A program made the position numbers and the translations under genes. Shown one piece after another: positions 10,514 through 20,332 of a DNA stretch of 53,850 bases. Source of the DNA: Candidatus Microgenomatus sp. (GTDB taxonomy: Bacteria; Patescibacteriota; Microgenomatia; UBA8517); NCBI GenBank assembly GCA_020724555.1, contig DYGT01000001.1, forward strand, positions 1 through 53,850, written 5' to 3'. Each line of letters opens with the position of its first letter. Within the stretch, counting starts at the first letter, position 1. The notes under the pieces were generated by a model, which saw nothing but the letters and a program-made list of their open reading frames with translations, searched no databases and was not told where the DNA came from.

Positions 10514-10856
10514 CGCATCCTCCTTTTGAGGTGCTGGTGACCCGAATGGGTCGTTTTGATCCAGCTCCTCGAAACTAGCGCACGGAAGGAAGAACTTATC
10601 GTTCCGCCCTCGGCGCGCTAGTTAAGGAGTAAAGTTGCCTATTTGTTAAAGTGCCTCGAAGTACAAGAGAGTGCTCCCACAAATGGGATTATCTCTAATG
10701 TTTTCGAGTTAAAAAGCTGCCCGATACCTTGGCTGACGCTTTCGACAACTAGGCATCCAAAGGCAGAGGAAAACCACGAAACATACTCGGAACTTTCCTC
10801 TACTTTTGATATCTGGTTGCAATGGCCAGTTTTCTCACGTTAAGAGCCAGTCGACT

Positions 10857-11126
10857 TTAACGATTAACTTCAAAAGACCTATGGTCTTTTTTATTTTTAA
10901 AATAAATAAGGGGTGCTGAAGCCAACAAAGCTAAGCCAATTAAACGCAAGTCTTCGGCCAAACCGGCAGCTACTATCTCTTCTGGCTCTTCAAAACTTTT
11001 TTTGCCACAAACAACTCCCTGCCCATAAGAGGTAGTACATACTTCCCGCTCATCAGCATAGACATTTCCAGGTAAGGTTAAAAACAAGGTTAAAACTAAA
11101 GCTAAACTAAGTATTAAGTTTTTCAT
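10857..11126 (-). CDS. Small secreted protein with a sorting-signal-like C-terminus
   Basis: Signal peptide, CTTSYGQGVVC loop, VAAG + hydrophobic helix + basic tail. Confidence 0.7.
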   Translation of the reverse strand: MKNLILSLALVLTLFLTLPGNVYADEREVCTTSYGQGVVCGKKSFEEPEEIVAAGLAEDLRLIGLALLASAPLIYFKNKKDHRSFEVNR

Positions 11127-11275
11127 ATATATTTTTGTTTATAAAAAATCCGGCCTTATCCAAAATCTTTGCCGGTAATTTGAGTATAATATCATGATTG
11201 TTAAATTTTGTCAATACTACAGGATGTAATTTATACAGCATAATTGCGTCTGTAATATCATACATCTAGGACGAT

Positions 11276-12052
11276 TTAGACGCGAAGGAGCTTTGCATAT
11301 TTAAAAATCCGAATGTTACTTGTTAAATCGCGACACGTATATAGGATGAGGTCTGCACTATAATCTTCAATCTTTTCACCCTCGCTTTCGCCGTAAATGG
11401 CATATTTATATTTTCTTTGTCTCCAGATAACTTCGACCGTATCCCCATTTTTAAGCTTAGGTAAATTATAAAACGAATTGCGCCGACGAAAGATATTGCT
11501 CCAACGCAAATATCCATATCTATGGGCTACTAATATGGTAGGCTTTTCCCTTTTATCCGGTGTACCAAAATCGGGTGCTCTCCAAACCCCTTTTTTCAAT
11601 ACTTCCTCGTAATCTTCATAGCTACTAACATGGATTTGGCTTTCCACCCCAATCGCAGGTATTAAAAGCATGTTTTCCATGGGCAAACTGGAGTCGAGCG
11701 GAGGTTGCCAATTGTCTTGAATCTCCTTAATACCAGGAAGCTCGCTTTGGTCCAAATTGCTGACATACCGGCTCCAAAACTGGCTTCCCTGAGCTCGGGC
11801 CGTATAATAAATTGAGGGAATGTAGCTGCCAATGACCAAAATTATACCTAAAGCTGCAATTATTGAGGCTAATCTGTGCTTGGCAAAAAACTTTCTTAAT
11901 TTAGGAAATCTGGGTATACGACGCTTATTTAAGCTCGGTGTTGCAACATGCAAAACTTCCAAAGCTTCCTTTGGCTGCCTATTTTCAATACCTACCAGAG
12001 TGTAAGTATCTACTGGGAATGACGGAAAATAAAACATAACTCTCTTAAACAC
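11276..12052 (-). CDS. Sortase (start uncertain)
   Basis: TM anchor; VAHRYG, LYTC and downstream Arg. Confidence 0.85.
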   Translation of the reverse strand: MFKRVMFYFPSFPVDTYTLVGIENRQPKEALEVLHVATPSLNKRRIPRFPKLRKFFAKHRLASIIAALGIILVIGSYIPSIYYTARAQGSQFWSRYVSNLDQSELPGIKEIQDNWQPPLDSSLPMENMLLIPAIGVESQIHVSSYEDYEEVLKKGVWRAPDFGTPDKREKPTILVAHRYGYLRWSNIFRRRNSFYNLPKLKNGDTVEVIWRQRKYKYAIYGESEGEKIEDYSADLILYTCRDLTSNIRIFKYAKLLRV

Positions 12053-12199
12053 CTATACCAAAATCGGCTCCAAAAAGAGTGGGTAGTGAGCCTGCCCTAC
12101 ACACCACCCACCCTTTCTAGAGCCGAATAATCGCGCTTTTTTGCGCTTACCAAAAAGAAGCTCTTGACAAAGACTGTGAAAACTGTCTAGTCTATTAAT

Positions 12200-12322
12200 G
12201 ATTTACCTTTTTCTCTGCCTGTCCTAAGGTAAATTAAATAAAAAGAGCATTGCTAGTCGTGCTAGCATCCTTTCTCGTTGAGACGAAAGAGTTGCTGCAG
12301 CGATGGTGATGCTCTTTTTTTT
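12200..12322 (+). ncRNA. Candidate small structured RNA (two hairpins ending in a U-tract)
   Basis: TTGACA(12164)-18-TAGTCT upstream; stem ATTTACCTT/AAGGTAAAT; ~80-nt rod closed by AAAAAGAGCAT/ATGCTCTTTTT with G-U pairs on the + strand. Confidence 0.35.
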
Positions 12323-12493
12323 ATTCTAAAGATCTGAAAGTATTATACTTCCGACTCCCCAATTTTGTCAAATCCTATAAGAATTATAATCACAAATTTT
12401 ATTATTCCTATAATATTTTATATGCAAAAAATAACGAATTAAAGGCTTTTTTTAAATAACACTTATGTTTGTGGATAACTTGTAGAGAAATAA

Positions 12494-13807
12494 TTATTTT
12501 ACAAATTGCTTTACTACAGAGGTCAGGGTGTCAAAATCTTCACTAGAGATATAAGTCTTATAACCTTGTCTATTTGCTTGCTTTTTACGTTTAGCTGCGG
12601 CAAATACAGGCCTTAAGCCCCCAGACAAATCCAGCTCCCCCACGCAAACCGCTTTTGGCATAGCTTTTTCTTTAAAAGAGCTTATTAAAGACAAAGCCAC
12701 TGCCAGATCGGCCGCCGGTTCTTTTACATTAAACCCACCTACAACGTTTAAATATACGTCTTTTTCCCAAAAAGGCAGATGCAGCCTTTGCATTATCACT
12801 GCCAGTATTACCTCTAGTCTTTTTGAGTCTATTCCTTGTGCAATACGCCTTGGATATGCCGTATGTGTGGGCACTACCAAAGATTGTATTTCCACCAAAA
12901 CCGGTCTTGTGCCCTCCATCACACAGGTGACGGCAGATCCGGCAACTTTTTTGTTTGAGTCTGTAACAAAAAGTTTTTCGCTTTCTTCTATACTGATAAG
13001 GCCCTTTTCCTCCATTTTAAATAGACCAATCTCATCTGTGGGGCCAAAGCGGTTTTTAACACTTCTTAAGGTACGAACCAGAAGCTCTTTATCTCCCTCA
13101 AACCAGCAAACTGTATCCACCATGTGAGCTAGTGTTGCCGGACCCGCTACTGTTCCTTCTTTGGTGGCGTGACCCACCAATATCAGCGGAATTCCCAAGG
13201 CTTTTGTCGTTTGTATTAAACGGAATGCCGACTCCCTTACCTGTCCCACGGAGCCAGCCATACCAGACAGGTCAAGCGTGGACATGGTTTGAATTGAATC
13301 TATGATGATTACATTTGGCCGCACTTTTTTAGAAGAATAGGAGTTTATAAGCCCCACTATCGCGTCTGTATTTGTTTCCTCTAAGATATCTATATTACCC
13401 GATTGCACTCCCAGCCTATCTGCCCTTATTTTAATCTGGCCGACAGATTCCTCTCCCGACACATACAAAGCTCCGGCCAAATTATCTGAGAGCTGAAGTA
13501 GTAAGGTTGATTTGCCAATACCGGGCTCACCTGCCAACAAAACCACCTGACCCAGTACAAGCCCTCCACCAAGGACGCGATCCAGCTCGGATATTTTTGT
13601 ATTTATCCTTTGCGTATCTTGGGCTTTAACAGAACTGAGCTTTACAGGATCTTTTATTTGTGTTCGATTTCTACTTTTTTTACCTACTGTTGGGGATTCA
13701 AGTGTCTCCACCATCGTCCCCCAAGAGCCACATTCCGGGCATTTACCACTCCATCCTGTTTGGCTATAACCGCACTGTTGACATACATACTTACTTTTTT
13801 TCGCCAT
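12494..13807 (-). CDS. radA: DNA repair protein RadA/Sms
   Basis: CxxC-CxxC zinc finger, GEPGIGKS, KNRFG, Lon-like C-terminus. Confidence 0.97.
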   Translation of the reverse strand: MAKKSKYVCQQCGYSQTGWSGKCPECGSWGTMVETLESPTVGKKSRNRTQIKDPVKLSSVKAQDTQRINTKISELDRVLGGGLVLGQVVLLAGEPGIGKSTLLLQLSDNLAGALYVSGEESVGQIKIRADRLGVQSGNIDILEETNTDAIVGLINSYSSKKVRPNVIIIDSIQTMSTLDLSGMAGSVGQVRESAFRLIQTTKALGIPLILVGHATKEGTVAGPATLAHMVDTVCWFEGDKELLVRTLRSVKNRFGPTDEIGLFKMEEKGLISIEESEKLFVTDSNKKVAGSAVTCVMEGTRPVLVEIQSLVVPTHTAYPRRIAQGIDSKRLEVILAVIMQRLHLPFWEKDVYLNVVGGFNVKEPAADLAVALSLISSFKEKAMPKAVCVGELDLSGGLRPVFAAAKRKKQANRQGYKTYISSEDFDTLTSVVKQFVK

Positions 13808-13838
13808 AACTTATTATACATACCAACAAATATGAAGA

Positions 13839-14981
13839 TTATTTATAAGCAACCGGTTTAGTGGTAAGAACCAACCCTAGCGCAATTTTGTGCTCATTTG
13901 CGTCCACTTCCTCGATGTACACCGATACTTCCTGGCCTTTTTTAAACTCCATGCTTGGTGGAATTTTCGTTATATGCAAAAGGCCCTCAACACCAGGTTC
14001 AAGTTCAATGAAAACGCCAAAGCTACTTTGTTTAACCACCTTACCCGTGTGTTTACTTTCCGCTGGATATTCAATCTCTACATCATCCCAAGGATCTTTT
14101 TTGGCTTGCTTTATAGACAGGGAAACCCGCCCTTCCTCTTGGGATACCTCGAGCACTTTAACCTCAACTTTGTCTCCCACTTTTAGACGGTTTTCGGCTT
14201 TTTCAATTTTATCCCAAGAAATTTCTGAAATATGCACCAAACCTTCAACCGGTACTTTCTGTTTATCAACTGCCGCGTCAATCTTTACAAAAGCACCAAA
14301 GTTAGTTAACTGAGTAACCTCGCCTATGTAAATTTCTCCTTCTTTTAAATTAGAGATAGCTTTGCTTTCAAGTTTTAGCTGGTCGGCCTCGGAAACCGCT
14401 TTTTCCGATAAAACCACGCGACCCCGTTTTGGATCCAACTCAACTATTTTAAGTTTAACCTCACTCTCAACGAGTTGGTCACCTTTTTCTAAGGCTTTTT
14501 TGCCTATATGAGACAGCGGCACAAAACCAATCATTTTGCCGGGTATTGTAACCACCATCCCTTTATCGCTAATGCTTTTAACTATCGCTGTTAGCGTTTT
14601 ACCCTCTTTTTGTGCTTTATAAAGTTCATCCCATTGGACGTTCGCTGCATATTGTTTTAATGAAAGACGCACATAACCTTCGCGGGTTTCAGCATCTACC
14701 ACTATGGCTTGCACTTTATCTCCCACTTTTAAACTTTGCGCAAAGTCTCGTACTTCATCGAACAAAAGCCCGGTCAAAATTCCCTCGCTTTTTCCACCTA
14801 TATTAAACATAATGGTTTGAGGGAAAACATCGGTTACTTCCGCCTCTATTTCATCCCCCTCTTGGAAGGACTTTATCTGAAAACCGGATTTTGCAAGCAA
14901 TTCTTCCATGCTAACAGGCTGGCTGGATGCGCCTTTAGAAGTTTTTTTGTCAGTTTTGTTAATTTGTTTTTTTGTTGCCAA
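13839..14981 (-). CDS. rpsA: Ribosomal protein S1
   Basis: Four S1 repeats (FGAFV, EGLVHISEISW, EGLLHI); TTG start. Confidence 0.9.
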   Translation of the reverse strand: MATKKQINKTDKKTSKGASSQPVSMEELLAKSGFQIKSFQEGDEIEAEVTDVFPQTIMFNIGGKSEGILTGLLFDEVRDFAQSLKVGDKVQAIVVDAETREGYVRLSLKQYAANVQWDELYKAQKEGKTLTAIVKSISDKGMVVTIPGKMIGFVPLSHIGKKALEKGDQLVESEVKLKIVELDPKRGRVVLSEKAVSEADQLKLESKAISNLKEGEIYIGEVTQLTNFGAFVKIDAAVDKQKVPVEGLVHISEISWDKIEKAENRLKVGDKVEVKVLEVSQEEGRVSLSIKQAKKDPWDDVEIEYPAESKHTGKVVKQSSFGVFIELEPGVEGLLHITKIPPSMEFKKGQEVSVYIEEVDANEHKIALGLVLTTKPVAYK

Positions 14982-15030
14982 AATTCATAAACCACCTTTC
15001 TTTTTATTGCACTTAATTTGAATCCAAAAT

Positions 15031-15151
15031 TGTCCCGGCAATGACCTATTTTCGCAGAGGGTTGCCCCAACACTATCGTCGGCGCTGATGCGTTTCACTT
15101 ATGAGTTCGGAATGGATCATGTGGTTCCACATCGCTATCTTCACCGAGACA
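15031..15151 (-). rRNA. rrf: 5S rRNA
   Basis: CCATTCCGAACTC, GTGAAAC and GCCGACGATAGT motifs; terminal helix extended by a flanking inverted repeat 15009-15174. Confidence 0.95.
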
Positions 15152-15327
15152 GTTTTAGATTCAAATTAAAGTGCTGTTTGTTATTCTTTTATTACTGAAG
15201 AGAAAAGTTCGCAAGTCGTTTCGACCGATTCGTACTGATACGCTTAACAGATTACTCCGCTTCCACGTCCAGCCGATCAACCTGGTGTTCTTCCAGGAGT
15301 CTAATGATGAACCCTAATCTTAGGGTG

Positions 15328-15360
<33 letters not shown>

Positions 15361-16000
15361 CATAGGAATGTAGCTACCCGGCGTTGCCGCTGACGCGACA
15401 ACCGGCACACTAGGGATTCCTCCAGCCAGGTCCTCTCGTACTGTGGCCAGCTCCCTTCAAGGTTCAAACGCATACACCGGATAGAGTCCGAGCTGTCTCA
15501 CGACGCTCTGAACCCAGCTCACGTACCACTTTAATGGGCGAACAGACCAACCCTTGGGAGGTGCTCCCCCCCCAGGATGTGGTGAGCCGACATCGAGGTA
15601 GCGAACCGCACCGTCGATATGAACTCTCGGGTGCGACTACTCTGTTATCCCCGGGGTAACTTTTATCCGTTAAGCCCCATCCATTTCCACAATGAGATGG
15701 GGGATCACTAAGACCTGCTTTCGCACCTGCTCCACCCGTCGGTGTCGCAGTCAAGCTGGCTTTAAGCTTTACCCTTTCTCCATGATTTCCATCCATGGTA
15801 AGCCAACCTTTGTGCCCCTGCGTTACAATTTGGCAGGGATCCGCCCCAGACAAACTGCCCATCTGACACTTTCCTTGGACCCGTCTTCAGGGCCCATAAG
15901 TAAGTCTTGTGAGCATTCCAAAGAGAGGTGTTTCATTGGCCCCCGCTAAGCGGGGTCCCTCCTACGCTAAACAATTGGAATGTCCAAAACAATGCCAGAA

Positions 16001-16033
<33 letters not shown>

Positions 16034-16131
16034 GTGTATGTAGGCCGCGTCTTCACAGCCAACGCAATTTCGCCGAGTGAAGGGTTAAGACAGTTGTCAT
16101 CTCGTTACGCCTTTCGTGCGGGTCGGAACTT

Positions 16132-16925
16132 CATGATGTTACTCAAATTTTCATTTGAGATCAGACTATATCTTCATCTTGCTATGAAGCTCCACGAGCT
16201 CACGCTCGTGGTTTCTTCTCAGCTCAGCTTCACAGATCAAAAGCTGTTCAGCTTTTGCTGATAAACTTTAGGAGTTGTTGTTTTTTATATTTTCTTTTTC
16301 CCGCACAATTCATTTGATAAGCTAAATCAATCACTTCATTTAAATATTTTTTATTTAAATGGTGTTTTGAAACAACAAGCTTACAGATCTTTGAAAATAA
16401 AAGAAAATCGTTTTTTTTTTGAAGTCTTAAGTCTATATTTTTCAAAATGAGGAATTATAACTTTAGTCAAATCATTGATCGATCTAACTTCGTATTTATA
16501 ATTTTGATCCTTCTTTGAAAACCTTATAGAACCTACACCAAAATAATTTCTTATTTCTCTAAGCACTGAAAGATTTCTCCTGTGCTGAGAAATAGAAAAA
16601 CTTGGTCTGACTTCAATATTTGTTACCATCTTACTTCTACGGTTAAAGGAAACACAAAAACTTCCTTCACCGTCAGTAAAACCGGTAATATAATTTTCAA
16701 ACTCCATGGTCTTTTTTTAATGCAAGAGCTGGCGTATTTCCCGACTTAGTCGGGACTCACCTTTCGGCTCAGTCGTTACGGCTCGATCACTTAGCATAAA
16801 GCATAATAATCTTGCCTCGGTATTGGCATACTCGTTTAACTTAATAGTAGCACGAGTTTAGCTTTCACCGATATTAGCCAGTTTACTTTCCACACATCGC
16901 TGTGGGTTCGGGCAAATTCCACTTT
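16132..16925 (-). mobile_element. Group I intron at 23S position 1951 (IA-like, extra P7.1/P7.2 hairpins)
   Basis: Splits GTCGGGT|AAGTTCCGACC; exon ends in U and intron ends in G; P7 GACTGA/ATAGTC. Confidence 0.93.
16248..16707 (-). pseudogene. LAGLIDADG homing endonuclease frameshifted at an A10 run
   Basis: YITGFTDGEGSF motif in ORF 16381-16707; C-terminus continues in ORF 16248-16445 across the homopolymer at 16411-16420. Confidence 0.85.
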
Positions 16926-16959
16926 ACCCGACAAGGAACTTCGCTACCGTAGAACAGTT

Positions 16960-17704
16960 CATTTATGTTAACTCCGATTCTCATCGGAGATCGGACTATA
17001 TCATTCCCGATTAAATCGGGACTTGGCGTGTAGTCTCTGGGGATTCCAAAACATCACTAATTGTATATTTTCGAGTTCTCCCTTTTCCTTTATTAATCTT
17101 TTCTCTAATTTCAAGCAATTCTTTTAAGCCTTCATCAGTAAGATGGCGCTTATCGTACATAATTTTTACTGCTCTTTTAAAAAGCGAAAAATTATACTTT
17201 TTATTGTTTGAAAAAAAATTATATTTATTAAAAAAAGGAATTATTCTTTCCTGAAGTGCTGTTGGATTTGTAACATCATAAGAATACAATCCATCTTTTC
17301 GTCTCTTAATGATTCCGCATTTAAAATGCCTCTTCATAAGAATCAGAATAGTTATGTCTCTTTGTGAAACATTAAATGATAGCACTGGTTGCCATTTCTG
17401 TTTATAATCTTGTTTATAGCGAAGAGAAATATTAAAACTTCCCTCACCGTCAACAAAACCTGCAAAATACCAACCAATCTTTTCAGGAACACTTACTCGA
17501 AATTGTTTTGGTCTTTCCTGCTGATTATCTCTATTCATCTGATTTTCACTTCTGATAAAACTTAAAATAAGTCTATCAGCAGTACAGATGACCTGTCAAG
17601 ATTTTCCAGCATATAGCCAAGTTTTTCCCCGCCCTTGGCGGGGGAATAGCGAATATCTATGAAATTTATTAATCATAGAGCTATTCTCAACTACTATGTT
17701 ACTA
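16960..17704 (-). mobile_element. Group I intron at 23S position 1917 (IB-like)
   Basis: Splits GTAACTAT|AACTG in H69; terminal G; core ATGCTGGAAA, AATCAGCAGG, GACTAC/ATAGTC. Confidence 0.93.
17011..17538 (-). CDS. LAGLIDADG homing endonuclease (intact)
   Basis: YFAGFVDGEGSF; ends (DNQQER, PETTRQ) overlap intron core elements. Confidence 0.93.
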   Translation of the reverse strand: MNRDNQQERPKQFRVSVPEKIGWYFAGFVDGEGSFNISLRYKQDYKQKWQPVLSFNVSQRDITILILMKRHFKCGIIKRRKDGLYSYDVTNPTALQERIIPFFNKYNFFSNNKKYNFSLFKRAVKIMYDKRHLTDEGLKELLEIREKINKGKGRTRKYTISDVLESPETTRQVPI

Positions 17705-18543
17705 ATAGTTACTGCTGCCGTTTACCGGAGCTTCGATTCAAAGCTATCCCCGCCGAAGCGGGGGTCACCCATCCTCTTAACTTACCGGCACTGGGCAGGC
17801 GTCAGCCCGTATACTTCGTCTTACGACTTTGCACGGACCTGTGTTTTTGATAAACAGTCGGATGACAATCGTTAGCTGCGCCCCGTGAGATAGCGCTTGC
17901 GCGGCATCTCATGGGGAGGACATCTTGCGAACTTACGTCCAGCTTGTTTGCCGAGTTCCTTAACCCTCCTTCTCTCGCTCGCCTTAGTCTTCTCAACCAG
18001 CCCACCTGTGTCGGTTTGCGGTACGGCTTATATTAAATCTTGCTGCGAGCCTTTTCTCGCGGACTGAATGGGTTGCCGTTGCCCTGATCTCTCAAGGCTC
18101 CGCACACTGCTCAATTGAACATTTCGGCGGATTTTCCAACCAAAACTATTTTGCAGCATGCACTCCACTTCACGAAGGAGCGACAATCATCCTGTCCTGT
18201 CAACCCCCAGCTCCATCCCGCAAAGCGGGACAAGCGATCTAATACAAGTACTGGAATTTTAACCAGTTATCCATCGACTACGCCATATGGCCTCGCCTTA
18301 GGAGCCGACTTACTCCTGGCAGACGAACTTCACCAGGAAAACCTTGGGCATTCGGCGGTCCGGATTCTCACCGGACTTGTACGCTACTCATACCGGCATT
18401 CTCACTCCCGCCCGGTCCACCACACTTTACAGTGTGACTTCACTCCTGGCGGGACGCTCCCCTACCCCCCGCCATCGGCGGGGCTCTAGCTTCGGCATTT
18501 AACTTGATCCTCGATACATCTTCGGCGCCCTACTCCTTGACCA

Positions 18544-18605
<62 letters not shown>

Positions 18606-19208
18606 GAGTCGAACTTCCTTTCAAACTTAGTTAAAATTTAGAGGCCTTAGCTGAAAGTCTGGGTTGTTTCCCTTTTGTCCCGGAAGCTTAGCCCTCCGGG
18701 GCTGTCTATTCTGCGTGCCGTAGCAGTATTCGGAGTTTGATTGAGATACCTCGCTTACGCTCAGCACCCCATCCAGTAGCTCTACCCCTGCTACGTTTTT
18801 GCTAGAACACGGTCCCTATAGACCTTTCGGGGAGAACCAGCTATCTCCAGGTTCGATTGGCATATTACTCCTAACCACAAGTCGTCCGAGCAAATTGCAA
18901 CTTACAACGGTTCGGGCCTTCCCCCGATTGTCGTCGGGGTTCACCCTGCTCATGGTTAGATCACCTGGTTTCGGGTCTGTAACATAGTACCTTAAGCGCC
19001 CTTTTAAGACTCGGTTTCCCTCTGCCTCCCCCCGTGAGATAGGTCCAAGCCGAAGTGGCTATGGACACATCTCACGGGGTTAAGCAAGCACTATGAAACA
19101 ACTCGCCGGTTCATTCTTCAATAGGCACGAGATCATCCCGCTAAGCGGGACTCTCTCGGTTTGTTCGCAAACAGTTTCAGGTACTATTTCAACGGGCTTA
19201 CAGCCCTG

Positions 19209-19247
<39 letters not shown>

Positions 19248-19906
19248 TACCAACTATATTTAGCCTTGGAGGATGGTTCCCCCAGATTCCCACGGTGTAT
19301 GTGCACCGTAGTACTCAGGAAATCCCTAGAGCCCCGTGAGATTTTGCGTACGAGATTTTCACTCTCTATGATTGGCTATTCCAAGCCATTCCGCTATCTT
19401 ACGGGGTCCCACATTGGGCTCCTACAACCCTCCGATAGCCCCAAAAGGGATCATCGGAGTTTGGGCTTTTGCCATTTCGCTCGCCGCTACTGAGGCAATC
19501 TCGCTTGATTTATCTTCCTCACCCTACTTAGATGTTTCAGTTCGGGTGGTACCCTTCCACTTGCTTAATATTCTGCCAAAGGCAAAAACTTGGGCAAGGG
19601 ATGATCCCGAGTAACCGGGACCGGGTTGTCCCATTCGGAGACCGCCGGGTCACAGGATCAAGACTCCTTTCCGGCGACTATCGCGGTCTTGTGCGTCCTT
19701 CATCGGTAGTTGATACCAGGGCATCCACTGTCTGCGTTTTGTAAAAACTTGCGACCTTTCTCTTCAGATGTAAAAGAACAACGTCTTTCAAATAAACTAG
19801 TAACCAGCGACTCGCGTCTGATCCACATTTCAGCGCCAGTCGCCGTTTACCAGTTTACTTAAATTATTAATGATCCGATTCCGCAAAGCGGAAAATTCAA
19901 GTCCTG

Positions 19907-19980
19907 TGGACCTGACCGGGCTCGAACCGGTGACCTCTACATTGCAAATGTAGCGCTCTAGCCAACTGAGCTACAGGCCC
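19907..19980 (-). tRNA. tRNA-Ala(TGC)
   Basis: Cloverleaf, anticodon TGC, G3:U70 pair. Confidence 0.97.
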
Positions 19981-20002
19981 CGTTCAGTCAGGTTCAAAGT
20001 AC

Positions 20003-20026
20003 AAAAAACCGACTCTTTGAGTCGGT
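20003..20026 (-). terminator. Intrinsic terminator-like hairpin in the tRNA-Ala/23S leader
   Basis: ACCGACTC-AAA-GAGTCGGT running into a T-tract. Confidence 0.6.
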
Positions 20027-20157
20027 AGACCAACTTGAAGCTATTTATTCCGCTATAAACGCCCCAAAAGGGCATATTTATTGGTTATGTTTATTCGAAT
20101 GCTTCTCATTAAGTTTCCGAACTCAAAAGTTTCCTGGTAATTCCAGGAGGTAAGTGC

Positions 20158-20186
20158 ATTATACACAGGCAGACTACCCTCGTCAA
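20158..20186 (-). promoter_or_regulatory. Sigma70 promoter of tRNA-Ala-23S-5S
   Basis: TTGACG-17-TATAAT. Confidence 0.85.
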
Positions 20187-20332
20187 CTCTAATCTAAATT
20201 AAGTACTATAGGTTGACTTTTAACTTAAAAAGCTAAAATGCGGGCATATTCACAAACTCGTGAATCCCCCTTTTTGCATTTGCAGGAGGGGTGTACGTTC
20301 AAAACAAAATAAGCAAAAAAGGAGTTGTACCG

